Origin: Mobula hypostoma
Taxonomy: Eukaryota
DNA: 64,000 bases
Direction: 5' to 3'
Assembly (NCBI RefSeq): GCF_963921235.1
Contig: NC_086097.1
Location: 6,138,001-6,202,000, forward strand
Part shown: positions 51,541-64,000 of the stretch, one piece after another
Numbering within the stretch: position 1 is the first letter of the stretch
Layout: each line of letters starts with the position of its first letter
Notes under the pieces: model-generated
Database searches by the model: none
The model's input: only the letters and a program-made list of their open reading frames with translations
Told to the model about the DNA's origin: nothing
Translations under genes and position numbers: made by a program

Positions 51541-52185
51541 ATAGAAACATAGAAAACGTACAGCACAATACAGGCCCTTCACCCCACAAAGCTGTGCCAA
51601 ACATGTCCTTACCTTAGAACTACCTAGGCTTACCCATAGCCCTCTATTTTTCTAAGCTCCATGTACCCATCCAGGAGTCTCCTAAAAGACCCTATCGTAT
51701 CCACCTCCACCACCGCTGCTGGCAGCCCATTCCATGCACTCACCACTCTCTGTGTAAAAATCTTACCCCTGACATCTCCTCTGTACCTACTTCCAAGCAC
51801 TTTAAAACTATGCCCTCTTATGCTAGCCATTTCAGCCCTGGGGAAAAAAACCTCTGACTATCCACATGATCAATGCCTCTCATTTTCTTGAACACCTCAA
51901 TCAAGTCACCCCTCATCCTCCGTTGCTCCAAGGAGAAAAGGCCGAGTTCACTCAGCCTATTCTTATAAGGCATGTTCCGCAGTCCAGGCAGCATCCTTGT
52001 AAATCTCCTTCGCACCCTTTCTGTGGTTTCCACATCCTTCCTGTAGTGAGGCAACCAGAACTGAGCACAGTACTCCAAGTGGGGTCTGACCAGGGTCCTA
52101 TACAGCTGCAACATTACCTCTCGGCTCTTAAACTAAATCCTACGATTGATGAGGGCTAATGTGTCGTATGCCTTCTTAACCACCA
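51541..52185 (-). mobile_element. CR1 3' fragment
   Basis: LYRTLVRPHLEYCAQFW...RRMRGDLIEVFK. Confidence 0.9.
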
Positions 52186-53447
52186 CGAGAAGATTTGCAT
52201 GTACTTTACAAATATCGTGAAAGCACATTCTTGCACTTTTCCCCAGGTTTATGGCATAAATTTCTTGATAAGTAATAAATAAAGAATGAGAACGTAAGAA
52301 CACTGTTGTCAGATCAAGCTTAAAAATTACATACTATTGTGTAATTTCCAAGAATAACCTGAGTTTAGATGCATGTAGACCTTCCATAATGATTTGTACC
52401 TTTCCTTTTCCAGGCTGCCAACTATCTACACACACTCATGAGCCAAAATTAACCAATCAATGTCATACAAAGCTGCCCGACCTGCTGAGTTCCTCCAGCG
52501 TACTGAGTGTCATACAAAGTTACAGGTTCCCCGTTAATTCCACATTATGCCTGTGCAATTGCATCAATAAATCCACTCCACTTTGAAGGTGCTATTCTTG
52601 AACATATATTATCAGACAATTGATATGGAGCTTAGTTGCAGGAAAGCAGCATTCATCATCAGGGAACCCAACATCCAAGCCAAGCTCACTTCTCACTGCT
52701 GTGAGGAAGAAGGTACAGAAGCCTCAGGACCCACACCACCAGGTTCAGGAACAGCTATTACCCCTCAACCATCAGGCTCTTGAACCAGAGAAGATAACTT
52801 CACCTAACTTCGCTCACCTCATCACTGAACTGTTCTCACAATCTTCAGACTCACTTTCAAGGACTCTTCATCTCATGTTCTCATCTCATTTAGACAGGGA
52901 GACCGAAAGCTAGGAACAACTGTTGGAGTTGCAGTGGGAGCAGGCCTGACATATATAGCAATCAGACATTGTTCTGATGTCAGAAATGTTTTATTCCTTG
53001 TGAAATATGAGCACAAAGGCATTGGAAGAGTTTGGGGTCAATTTAAGAATATTTACTGGTTTGGTGTAAGAATGGAGTCTCATGTGTCTTGATGATTGAA
53101 TAATATGGCAATCCTGATAGACACTAGTTCCACAGATGTATAGGACGATCTAACTTCACAAATATTTTTGTCCCAGCTACCTGACACTAATAAAAAGAAA
53201 ATCAGTAAAACTGTAACTGTTGGAAATCTAAAATATAAACAATAGATGCAGGTAAAAACTCAACCCTTCAGAGAGCATCGATGGTTCGATTCCAGCAGTG
53301 TCTGTAAGGCGTTTATACATGCTCCCCGAGAACCATGTGCGTTTCCTTCAGGTGTCTCAGTTACCTCCCACAGTCCAAAGATCTACGGGTTAGTAGGTTA
53401 ATTGATCATTGTAAATGTCCCGTGATTAGGCTAGTGTTAAATAGGTT

Positions 53448-54997
53448 AATACACACTTTCACACTTAATAACTTCTCTTTTGGCTCTTCCCACTTTCTTC
53501 AGACTAAGGGTGTAGCTATGGGAACTCGCATGGGACCCAGCTACGCCTGCCTCTTCATTGGTTATGTGGAACAGTCTGTGCTCCAAACCACTTCTGGTAC
53601 TGCTCCCCAACTTTTCCTTCGATACATTGACGACTACATTGGTGCTGCTTCCTGCACCCATGCTGAGCTCGTGAATTTCATCGACTTTACTTCAAACTTC
53701 CACCCAGCCCTCAAATTCACTTGGTCTATCTCTGACACTTCTCTCCCCTTTCTCGATGTCTCGGTTTCCATCTCTGGAGACGGACTGTCTGCTGATATCT
53801 TCTATAAGCCCACTCACTCTCATAACTACCTCGACTATACCTCTTCCAACCCCGCCACATGCAAAAATGCCATTCCCTATTCCCAGTTCCTCCGTCTCCG
53901 CCGCATCCGCTCCCAGGATGAGGCTTTCCATTCCAGGACATCTCAAATGTCCTCTTTCTTTAAGGATCGTGGTTTCTCTTCTACGGTGATCAATGATGCC
54001 CTCACCCGCATCTCCTCCATTTTCCGCACTTCGGCCCTCACCCCATCTTCCTGCCACCACAACAGGGACAGAGTTCCCCTTGTCCTCACCTACCACCCCA
54101 CCAGCCTCCGGATCCAGCACATTATCCTCCACAACTTCCGCCACCTTCAACAGGACCCCACCACTAAGCACATCTTTCCCTCTCCAACCTTCTCCGCTTT
54201 CCACAGGGATCGATCCCTCCGCGACTCACTTATCCACATGTTCCTCCCCACGGATCTCCCACCCGGCATTTATCCCTGTAAGCGTAAGTGCTACACCGGT
54301 CCCTACACCTCCTCTCTTGCCACCATTCAGGGCCCCAAACAGTCCTTCCAGGTGAGGCAACACTTCACTTGCGAATCTGTTGGGGTCATCTATTGCATCC
54401 GGTGCTCCCGGTGCGGCCTCCTCTACATCGGTGAAACCCGACGCAGATTGGGGGACCACTTCGTCGAGCACTCCCACTCTTTCCGCCACAACAGACAGGA
54501 TCTCCCGGTAGCCACCCACTTCAACTCTGCTTCCCACTCCCATTCAGATATGTCCATACATGGCCTCCTCTACTGCCACGATGAGGTTAAACTCAGGTTG
54601 GAGGAGCAACACCTCATATACCGTCTAGGTAGTCTCCAGCCCCTTGGTATGAACATAGAATTCTCCAACTTCTGGTAATTCCCTCCCCCTCCCTTCCTCT
54701 ATCTCTATTTCACATCACCTCCCTCATAGTTCCACCTCCTTCTACTACTTCGCGTTGTTCTCCTGCCCATCACCTCCCTGCTTCCCCTCCCCCACCCCTT
54801 TGTCTTTAAAATTACTGTTTTTTTCAACTACCAGCATTCTTCAAACCCTCCCCAGAGTTCTTCCTTCAGTCCTGACGAAGGATTTCGGCCCGAAACGTCG
54901 ACTAATCTTTTCAACTGATGCTGACTAACCTGCTGAGTTCCTCCAGCGCATTGTGAGTGATCCTTTGACAACAGCATCTGCAGATTATTTTGTGTTA
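53448..54997 (+). mobile_element. Young Penelope-like element, 5'-truncated, uninterrupted RT-GIY-YIG ORF to 54678
   Basis: QTKGVAMGTRMGP, RYIDD, FLDV, GVIYCIRCSRCGLLYIGET; 14-bp direct repeat gtgttaaataggtt at both ends. Confidence 0.95.
54868..54903 (+). ncRNA. Minimal type I hammerhead ribozyme motif
   Basis: AGTC-CTGACGA-aggatttcggccc-GAAA-CGTC-GACT. Confidence 0.78.
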
Positions 54998-55194
54998 AAT
55001 AGGTTGGTTGCTGGCTAGTGCAGCTCGTAGGCCAGAGGGGCCTTCTCCACACTGTATATCTAAGTAAAATAAACAATAAATAAATAAATGATTGTGTCTT
55101 AGAAACTCAAGAATTTTGGATCTTCAACTGATTAATTTGCATTCAAGTTGAACTTGCTGAAAGTTGTGAAGCTCTCGGATGCTATTTAGTTCCA

Positions 55195-55980
55195 ATTCAA
55201 AGTTGAAAGTTCAAAGTAAATTTATTATCAAGATACGTATATCACACCCTAAGATTCATACTTAGCAAATCCAAACTAACCAATGTGTAAAAGAAAACAA
55301 ACCATGCAAATACAAAATAAAAACAATCATAATAAATAAACAAGCAATAAATATCAAGAAGACGAGATGAAATGTCCTTGAAAGTGAGACCATAGATTGT
55401 GGAAGCTGTTCAGCAATGGGGCAAGTGAAGTTATCTCCACTGACTCACAGCCTGCTGGTTAAGGGGTAGTAACTGCTCTTGAACCTGACATTGTGATTCC
55501 TAAGGCTCACATATCTTCTTCCTGATAGAAGAGTGCATGTCGTTGATGGCGGGGGTGGGGGGGGCTCTTCTTTCTTGTGACAGCGTTCTATGTAGATGTG
55601 CTCAGTGACGAGGAGGCTTCATCCATGATGGACTGGGCCATATCCACTACTTTTTGTAGGAATTTCCATTCAAGGGCATTGATGTTTCCATACCAGGCTG
55701 TGATGCAGCCAGTCAATATACTCTCCACACACATCTATAGAAGTTTGTCAAAGTTTTAGAAGTTATGCTGAATTTTCACAAACTCCCAAGGAAGTAGGGG
55801 TGCTGCCATGTTTTCTTTGTAATTGCACCTATGTGCTGGGCCCAGGACAGATCCTATAAAATGATAACACTGAGGAATTTAAAGTGCTGACCCTCTCTAC
55901 CTCTGATCTCCAATGAGAACTGGCATATGGGCCTTTGGTATCCTCCTCCTGAAATCAACAATCAGCTCCATTGTCAATAA
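55195..55980 (-). mobile_element. Old Rex1/L2-type 3' fragment
   Basis: Same tail as 38783-39060 and 32165-32540. Confidence 0.65.
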
Positions 55981-56433
55981 TGTGCGCAGATCTACTGGTT
56001 TTCTGCAATTCAAATGGACATAAGAAATTAAGTTCTCTCAGTCTTCTAAACAGATGGGATGTAGGAGTGGAAATTTAAGCTAGCCAATTACAGTTCCCTT
56101 TGAAGTTGAATTCGTTGTTGAAACTTTTTACCTCTCTGGAATGGTGGTGGTTGTTTGTCAAAATACATTGCTGGCTTGACATTAAATATAATTATACCAG
56201 CTTCAAAAAATAAGGCTAATTTTAAAACCCTGGAAGTGTCCTGTTTCTGTATGGTGGAACATGATGATTTTCATAGAATGACTATGCCAGCAAAGATTCT
56301 GTAATTAACAAAAGAGTGAACAACTGCACACATGGGGAACTCCACAACACAGAGTTCAGAAATCTGAAAGCAGAGTTATTACAGACGAAGCATTGGGCAA
56401 CGTCAGGAGGCCAGAACTAAAAGAGGAAATATG

Positions 56434-56622
56434 TTTATTTTATTTTATTTAGAGATACAGCATGGAACAGACCTTTACAACACAATGAGTCGCAACACCC
56501 AACAACCCACCTATTTACGCCTAGCTTAATCACAGGACAATTTATAATAACTAATTAACCTACTAACTGGTAGATCTTCGGATTGGAGGAGGAAAGCAGA
56601 GCACCTGGAGGAAACCCACACT
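56434..56622 (-). mobile_element. V-SINE fragment (another at 58485-58725)
   Basis: Reverse-complement similarity to the 53270-55090 SINE. Confidence 0.6.
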
Positions 56623-56824
56623 CGTAGAAAGTTTGCAATCTGGAGGTGAATTGACAGTAGGGAAGTTGAAGCAGAGGGAAATTTATATTAAATATGGAAC
56701 ATCGTTAGATTCAAAGTGGATAAATTTAGGTCAATTATACATGTGATAAAATACTGCAGCTGCAGGAAATCTGAAATTAATGGAGAAAATAACTGGGACA
56801 GCCAGTAGATCAAGGGGTCATATA

Positions 56825-57212
56825 TTTGTTCATTATGTTGGTGTTGTATGACATGGGTGGTTGTGGTCTTTCCATGACCATGATTTGTTCTTGGAAATTT
56901 TTTCTACAGAAGTGGTTTACCATTGCCTTCTTCTGGGCAGTGTCTTTACAAGATGGGTAATCCCAGTCGTTATCATTACCCTTCAGAGATTGTCTGCCTG
57001 ACATCAGTGGTTTCACGATCAGGACTTGTGCTATGCCCCACCTGCGCATATGACCATCCACCACCTACTTCCATGGCCTCACAAGACCCTGATCAGTGGG
57101 AGAGGAGCTCAGCAGGTGCGACACCTTGCCCAAGAGTGACCTGCAGGTGCGCAGAAGGGAGAAGCAGCCTTATACCTTCTTTGGTAGAGACACATCTCCA
57201 CTCTGCCACCAC
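56825..57212 (-). mobile_element. RTE-derived short element with a BovA-like motif
   Basis: agaaggcaatggtaaaccacttc; its 5' part recurs at 59537-59635. Confidence 0.55.
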
Positions 57213-57261
57213 ATGGGGAGAGAGAAAACTGAGTTAACATTTTGGGTTGTTATCTTTTTTT

Positions 57262-57758
57262 CCAGGAATTTTTGGCAGAGTTATAAATACTGACTTCAAG
57301 AGATTGTCAGACAATACACCAGACTCATATATGCCATAAAACAGTTCAAAAAGAATATCTATGCCCAGGTCTTCTCGGGCTTGTATTATTTCCACTGAAA
57401 TTTCACCAGGTTCAGCAGCTTTACCATGTTTCATGCTTTTCATTGTTTTAGTTATTTCTTCTTTGGTAATAGATGGGCCAGAATTAGGGTGCAAAAAGAT
57501 CTTTAATGAGAACATTAAATAAGAGGAAACTTAAGTTCCTGGGCCATGTCATCAGAAAGGGAGAAATAGAATGCCTTACATTACAAGGCCGTATGCCTGG
57601 GAAACGCGGAAGAGGAAGGCAAAGAAGAAAATATATGGACACTGTGAAAGACTAACAGATCTAAGTGTGCGAGGTATCATTGACGTTGCGAGGGATCGTT
57701 CGATGTGGAGAGCCATGATGGCCCAAGTGTGTAACACGCAAGGCACATGAAGAAGAAG
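57262..57758. mobile_element. RTE insertion with inverted 5' part
   Basis: Minus: ITKEEI...GKAAEPGEISVE...FITLPK. Plus: RKLKFLGHVIRK, ending in a (gaa)n tail. Confidence 0.75.
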
Positions 57759-58736
57759 ATCTTGTTTTCTGAACAACTTGACTGATCATAAATCCTCATT
57801 CCTTCTCCCCAGCTCCTGTCTGACTACTGAGTTGGTCAATTACAGCCCTTTTCAAAGGTTTACATACATGCTGTCACCTCAGAAATTCTCCCGATTTAAT
57901 TATTAAGATGCTGTCACCTACTGCTGACATTTGATGTAAAGAATGTCATCAGGCCTGAACTCAGTCCACTTTTGACAACCTTTCAATTTGTCTGCAACCA
58001 CATAGGGAGCATAGAATTGGATGAGACTTCAGTTCATGGAATGTTTAAAATGATCTCTAATAAGTACTACCTTAATGCACGAAGTTTTTCAAACTGACTG
58101 CATCCGTTTGTAACCTATTTTTGTTTTGCACAAAATCTGCAGAAACTTACTCTCTCACAGATACCTCAGCCCTTCACCCCTCATCCCTTCCCCAACAACT
58201 ACACTAGCCTAACTTCTGGAGAGTAAACCATTGAATGTTCAACAGGAATTATTGAAGTACAAAAATAGGTTATATTTTAAAATTAGCATACAACATTAAA
58301 GCAATGCAGCCATAAATCAAGTGGTGCCAAAACCCGATGGCATTATGATACTATTGGGATCTGGGGATTGCAGTTTGAAAACTAAAGCCAAAATCATTCT
58401 TTCAGAGTCCAGGAGAGGATTAAAACCTGTGAAAACTAGAGAAAATTCTCAATAGTACACCATTTTTGTGGAGAGAGGAATACTTTATTTTAAATTAGAG
58501 ATACAGTGCGGAATTGGCTCTTGTGGATCGATGAGCCGTGTTGCCCAGTGACCCAACCACAGAACGATTTATAATAACAATTAACATGCCACTCAGTACA
58601 TCATTGGACCGTGGGACGAATCTGTAACACCCAGAGGTAACCCATGCACTCATGGAAAGGACGTACAAACTTCTCGAAGGGAACGCCGGAATTGAACTCT
58701 TAACTCTGACTGTAATTGCATTGCACTAAGTTCCAA

Positions 58737-59119
58737 GGGGGCTACGACCTTGTCATGGTTTGCAGGGTTCTGTGCCTCAATGGTCTGGAGAGCTATGCTG
58801 GCTGAAATCAGGGCTTTATGCTTCGGCTCTTGGAAGATTCACTCATGCCCAACAGGTGAAAGGGTAGAAGACAGACCCAGAGTGGTTCACCAGTTGTCCG
58901 GGTTTGGGGCTTCAGCTCAGAGCTACGAACCCTGACAGGTAAACCAAAACTGTTATGGAAAGCAGCAATGAAAAATCCTTCTACTTCCGATTCTCCACCT
59001 GGGGGAATACTGAGACGAAGCTACTGACCTGATGAAGGATGTCCTGAACACCGCCAGAGATGGAGGGCTTTCATTGCTGCCCTAAACATCAACGGCATAA
59101 CAGGCAGTAAGTAAGTAAA
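58737..59119 (+). mobile_element. Bipartite non-autonomous RTE derivative
   Basis: RTE-like 5' UTR joined to tggagggctttcattgctgcccta...(taag)n. Confidence 0.6.
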
Positions 59120-59637
59120 TAACCATCATGTTAATTTTATACGTGAACCCACCACAGTTATGTTGAGATATCAACATTGGGACAACTTGTGCCTTGATAA
59201 AGGTTAGGGGTAGTTTAAAACATCTAATTTGTGCCCTTACAAAAGTCCTTCATAACTAATGATGCCAGGCTTTACATAAATTATATTAGCAGATAGGATC
59301 AAATTATTCTGTAACCTTGAGAGTTTGGCTTCAACAGTGCCCAGAATCCATACATGAGATATCTGTAGTCTGAAGATGCCTGCTTCAAATTTCTATAGGC
59401 GTCACATTTCTGAGTATTTTACATCTAATACCATGTAGTCAGCAAAATGGAGCTCATTATTCACTGTGTCTTTGGTTATTTGTTAATGATCCATCCTGCA
59501 TCAGAATTGTTATCATGTTCATCATTGCTGTATATTAACCCTATATTGTCTGAAATGGGTGGCAGGGTGGAGATACGTCTCTATCAAAGGAGATGTAAGG
59601 CTCTCCTTCCCTCTGTTAGTCTGCAGGTCACACTTGG

Positions 59638-61382
59638 ATATTTTGAGAGTACAAAGCTTGTAAGAGAATAAAAAAGTAAAGGTAACAAGTGAGGAATCTT
59701 GGTTTTTAAGAGATAATGAGGCCCTGGTTAAGAGAAATAAGGTGTATAGCAGGTGTAGGCAAGTAGGAACAAATGAGGTGCTTATGGAGTATAAGAAATG
59801 CAAGAGAACACTTAAGAAAGAAATCAGGAAGGCTAAAAGACAGCATGAAGTTGCTCTAGCAGACAAGATGAAGGAGAACCCTTAAGGATTCTACAGGTAT
59901 GTTGAAAGCAAAAAGATTGCAAGGGAGAAAATTGGTCCTCTGGAAGATCCAAATGGTAATTCATGTGTGGAGCCAGAGCAGAAAGGGGAGAACTTCAATG
60001 AGTTCTTTGCATCTGTATTTACTGAGGAGACAAACACAAAGACAACTCATGGACCCTGTACAGATTACACAGGAGGAGGTGTTTGCTACCCTGACACAAA
60101 TCAGGGTGGATAAATCTCCAGGGTCTGTCAGGGTGTTCCCTCTAAACCTACTAGAAGCGAGTGCTGAAATTATCGGGGCCCTAGCAGAGATATTTATATC
60201 TTCCTTTGCAACAGTGGAGGTGCCAAAGGATTGGAAGGTAGCCAATATTGTTCCACCAGATGCCAATGTTGATCGACATGGACTGATTAATGATAGCTAG
60301 CATGGCTTTGTGCATGGCATATCATGTCTAACCAATCTTATAGAGTTTTTCAAGGAAGTTCAGGAAACTGGATGAAGGCAAGACAGTGTATGTTGTCTGC
60401 ATGGTACTTAGTAAGGCATTTGATGAAGTCCCGCATGGGAGACTTGTTAAGAAGTTTCAGTCGCTCAGCAGTCAGGACGAGGTGGTAAATTGGATTAGAC
60501 ATTGGCTTTGTGGCAGAATCCAGAGAGTGGTCATAGATGGTTGCCTCTTTAATTGGAAGCCTGTGACTAGTGGTGGTGCTGCATCGATTAGTTCTAGGTC
60601 CCTTGTTATTTGTCATCTACTGTATATCAATGGTCTTGATCATAATGTGGTTAACCGGATCAGCAAATTTGAAGATGACACTAAGATTGGGGGTGTAGTG
60701 GACAATGAGGAAGCCTATCATGGCTTGCAGATGGATCTGCATCGGCTAGAAAAATGGGCTGAAAAATGTCAGATGCAATTTAATGCAGAGAAGTGTGAGG
60801 TGTTGCACTTCAGTAGGACCAACCAAGCTATGTCTTACATGGTGAATGGTAGGGCACTGAGGATTGCTGTAGAACAAAGGGATCTGGGAATATAGGTCCA
60901 AAATTCATTGAAAGTATCATCACAGGTAGATGGGTTGTAAAGAAAGTTTTAGCACATTGGCCCTCGTATATTGAGTACAGGAGATGTGGAGTTCTGTTGA
61001 AGTTGTATAAGACATTGGTGAAGCCGTATTTGGAGTATTGTGTGAAGTTTTGGTCACCTACCAACAGGAAAGATGGAAATAAATTTGAAAGAGTACAGGA
61101 AAAATTTAAAAGAGTGGTGTCGGGTCTGGAGGATCTGAGTTATAAGGAAAGATTGAATAGGTAAGGACTGTATGCTTTAGATTGTAGAAGATTGAGAGGA
61201 GATTTCATAAAAGTACACAACATTATGAGAGGTATAGATAGGGTGAATGCAAGCAGGCTTTTCTTCCACTGAAATTTAGTGAGACTACAACCAGATGTCA
61301 TGGGTTAAGGGTAAAAGTTGAGATCTTTACAGGGAACTTGAGGGGAAACTTCTTCACTCAGAGAGTCATGAGAGTGTGGAAC
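59638..61382 (+). mobile_element. Older CR1 ORF2 fragment
   Basis: Degenerate homolog of 13500-15350. Confidence 0.88.
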
Positions 61383-61390
61383 TCAAAGGG

Positions 61391-61434
61391 ATAAATAAAT
61401 AAATAAATGCATACATACATACATACATACATAC
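61391..61434. repeat. (ataa)n(atac)n microsatellite
   Basis: Read directly. Confidence 0.9.
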
Positions 61435-61992
61435 AATCAACATATTATGGTACTCTTTCTATATCTGACAAAGCACTGCTGGTAAACAGAGATGTATCTC
61501 AGCACTAAGGTGTTTCTGAAGTCTGAGGAAGATATTTGCCTAATTTGTAAAAGGCACCAAGATAGTTCAATTATTTTCCGTTTTCAAAATGCCATGTCCT
61601 TTCTAACATGCAACTGACCACAAAACAATGAGATGTACAATAATTATACCATTTGGCCCATTGAATCTGCTCCACCATTCCATCGTAGCTGATTTATTAT
61701 CCCTCTCAACACCATTCTCCTGCCTTCTCCTCATAACCTTTGACACCCTGACTAATCAAGATCAACCTCCACCTTAGAAATACTCACAGACTTGGTCTCC
61801 ACCACCATCTGTGGCAAACGATTCCACAGATTCTCCATCTGCTGCCTGCCCTGAGTAATATCTTTTCTTCTGGCAAAAAAGTTGCCAGGGCAATCTGTAT
61901 GAAGACATGCTTCATTTATGTGGGGCATAGATTCAGTTTTTTTCTCCCCAGGGATGGGGAATAAAAAAATTAGAGGACATAGGTTTAAGGAT

Positions 61993-62572
61993 TTAGTCAT
62001 AGTCATAGTCATAGTCATACTTTATTGATCCCAGGGGAAATTGGTTTTCGTTACAGTTGCACCATAAATAATAAATAGTAATAGAACCATAAGTAGTTAA
62101 ATAATAATATGTAAATTATGCTAGTAAATTATGAAATAAGTCCAGGACCAGCCTATTGGCTCAGGGTGTCTGACCCTCCAAGGGAGGAGTTGTAAAGTTT
62201 GATGGCCACAGGCAGGAATGACTTCCTATGATGTTCTGTGTTGCATCTGGGTGGAATGAGTCTCTGGCTGAATGTACTCCTGTGCCCACCCAGTACATTA
62301 TGTAGTGGATGGGAGACATTGACCAAGATGGCATGCAACTTAGACAGCATCCTCTTTTCAGACACCACCATGAGAGAGTCCAGTTCCATCCCCACAACAT
62401 CACTGGCCTTACGAATGAGTTTGTTGATTCTGTTGGTGTCTGCTACCCTCAGCCTGCTGCCCCAGCACACAACAGCAAACATGATAGCACTGGCCACCAC
62501 AGACTCGTAGAACATCCTCAGCATCGTCCTCAGATCCTCAGATGTTAAAGGACCCCAGTCTCCTCAGGAAAT
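61993..62572 (-). mobile_element. Rex1 3' fragment nested in a CR1 remnant
   Basis: Near-identical to 43253-43817; flanked by cataggtttaa(g/a)gattta on both sides. Confidence 0.9.
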
Positions 62573-62729
62573 AGGCATAGGTTTAAAGATTTAATAGGAT
62601 TTAATAGGAGCTTGAAGGGCAGCTTTTTTTCCTGGGGAGTTGTCAGTATATATAGTGATTTGCCAAAGTAAGTGGCTGAGGATTGTACAGTAACAACTCT
62701 TAAACGACATTTTTTATTTAGAGATACAG

Positions 62730-64000
62730 CACAGAGATGGAAACATACAACTGGCACCTCCTCGGGCTCTGTGAAGCCAGATGGAAGAACGCTGGAGAAG
62801 TGCATACTGAGGAAGGACATTTACTCTATTGTAGCAGAGAAGAGAACAGACATGAAAATGGCGTAGGGTTCCTAGTCAACAAATCCATCAAGAACACTGT
62901 TCTAGGATGCCAACCAGTGTCAATCAGGCTCATGACCATTCGCCTGTGAGTGAAGCCATTCAACATCACGGTGGCACGAGCCTACGCCCCAACAATAGAC
63001 TACAACGATGAACACATTGCAGAATTCTATAAGAAACTACAAGATGTCATTGACAAGGTGGACAAAAAAGATATTTCAATCATTCAGGGTGACTGGAATG
63101 CCAAGGTGGGCAGAGCCGCACAAGATGAGTTGGGGAGATCTCATCGGCCCCTCATGCAATGACACCTCCAATGAGAGGGGACTACGCCTGCTGGAATTTG
63201 CCATTTGTAACAACATGGTGCTGACGAACACACTTGGAGAGAACAAAGCATCCCAAAGATGGACCAGGCATGCCCCCAGTGGTCAACATCACCAGATTGA
63301 CTACATCCTGGGGCAAAGACGGCACAAATCTGGTGTGAACAGACCGAAGACCAGAACTTTCCCAGGTGCAGACGTGGGCAGTGACCATGACCTTGTCATG
63401 ATGAACATCAGAGTGCGCTTGAGGAGAATCAACAAGCCAAAAAACAGTCGGCTGAGATTCGACCTTGAAGAACTGAAAGACCCCGCCATCTCTGAAGAAT
63501 TTCAGGCAGCAGTTGGGGGGAAGTTTGCACCAATACTCCTCCTTGATGAAGACCTGGAGACCACCACAAATGATTTTAACACAGTGATGACAGAAACAAC
63601 AAGCAAGATTCTGGGGAAAAGCCACCGCAAGTCGAAACCATGGGTCACTAACAAGATACTGGATATGTGTGACACAAGAAGGAAATTAAAGAAAGATAAA
63701 AACACAGCAGAGGGAAGAACAGAATACAGGAAAATCAACAAGGAAATCAGGAGGTAAATGAAGGAAGCAAAGCAAAGATGGATAGCCGAACAATGTGTGG
63801 ACATTGAAGACAGCCTCTCCAACAACAACACAAAGAAGGCATTCCAACTGGTGAAGGATCTTACCAAAGAAAAACAAGCCAAAGTGAACATCATCCAAGA
63901 CAAAAATGACAGAAGTCTCATAGAAGAAAAGGAAATAATGGAAAGCTGGACAGAGTACTGTGTTCAGAACTGTACAATTACCAGAGCAAAGGGGATCCAA
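62730..64000 (+). mobile_element. RTE LINE ORF (endonuclease and linker), runs off the window
   Basis: LGLCEARW, GVGFLV, YAPT, GDWNAKVG, NERGLRLLEFA, QIDYIL, ADVGSDH, KPWVT. Confidence 0.92.

Larger units (their letters stand above)
53270..55090 (+). mobile_element. tRNA-derived V-SINE (HE1-like), split by a Penelope insertion
   Basis: B-box ggttcgattcc; V-domain-like cctcccacagtccaaaga...ggttaattg; (aaat)n tail. Confidence 0.75.

Noticed and set aside
53335..53447. N-terminus of the 447-aa ORF as a novel fusion protein
   Set aside because: Chance read-through from SINE sequence into a truncated Penelope ORF.
53692..54543. Long antisense ORFs (also 7174-7704, 39250-39876, 63182-63921)
   Set aside because: Shadows of transposon coding regions.
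56132..56174. Candidate exon PAMYFDKQPPPFQR
   Set aside because: Phase fits, but it is very short with weak splice sites; indistinguishable from chance.

Overview
Vertebrate DNA that is almost entirely transposable elements. The mix of CR1, V-SINE/HE1-like SINEs, hammerhead-bearing Penelope, Rex1, RTE, Nimb, HERO, hAT and Chapaev suggests a cartilaginous fish such as a ray (inference). No intact host gene is recognisable, only a weakly supported chain of small minus-strand exons. The main structure is a near full-length minus-strand Nimb (I-group) LINE at 2236-16270, split by five nested insertions. The standout is one of these: a non-autonomous Gypsy LTR element at 5496-9445 (TATA TSD, tRNA-Pro-like PBS). 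In it, the end of RT, RNase H and most of integrase are replaced by three joined, intronless pieces of a sarcomeric myosin heavy-chain rod (6705-7064). These pieces lie in frame between the RT remnant and downstream element sequence, consistent with capture of a host mRNA. Family names and reference protein comparisons are recalled from memory, not searched. Boundaries of old fragments are approximate.
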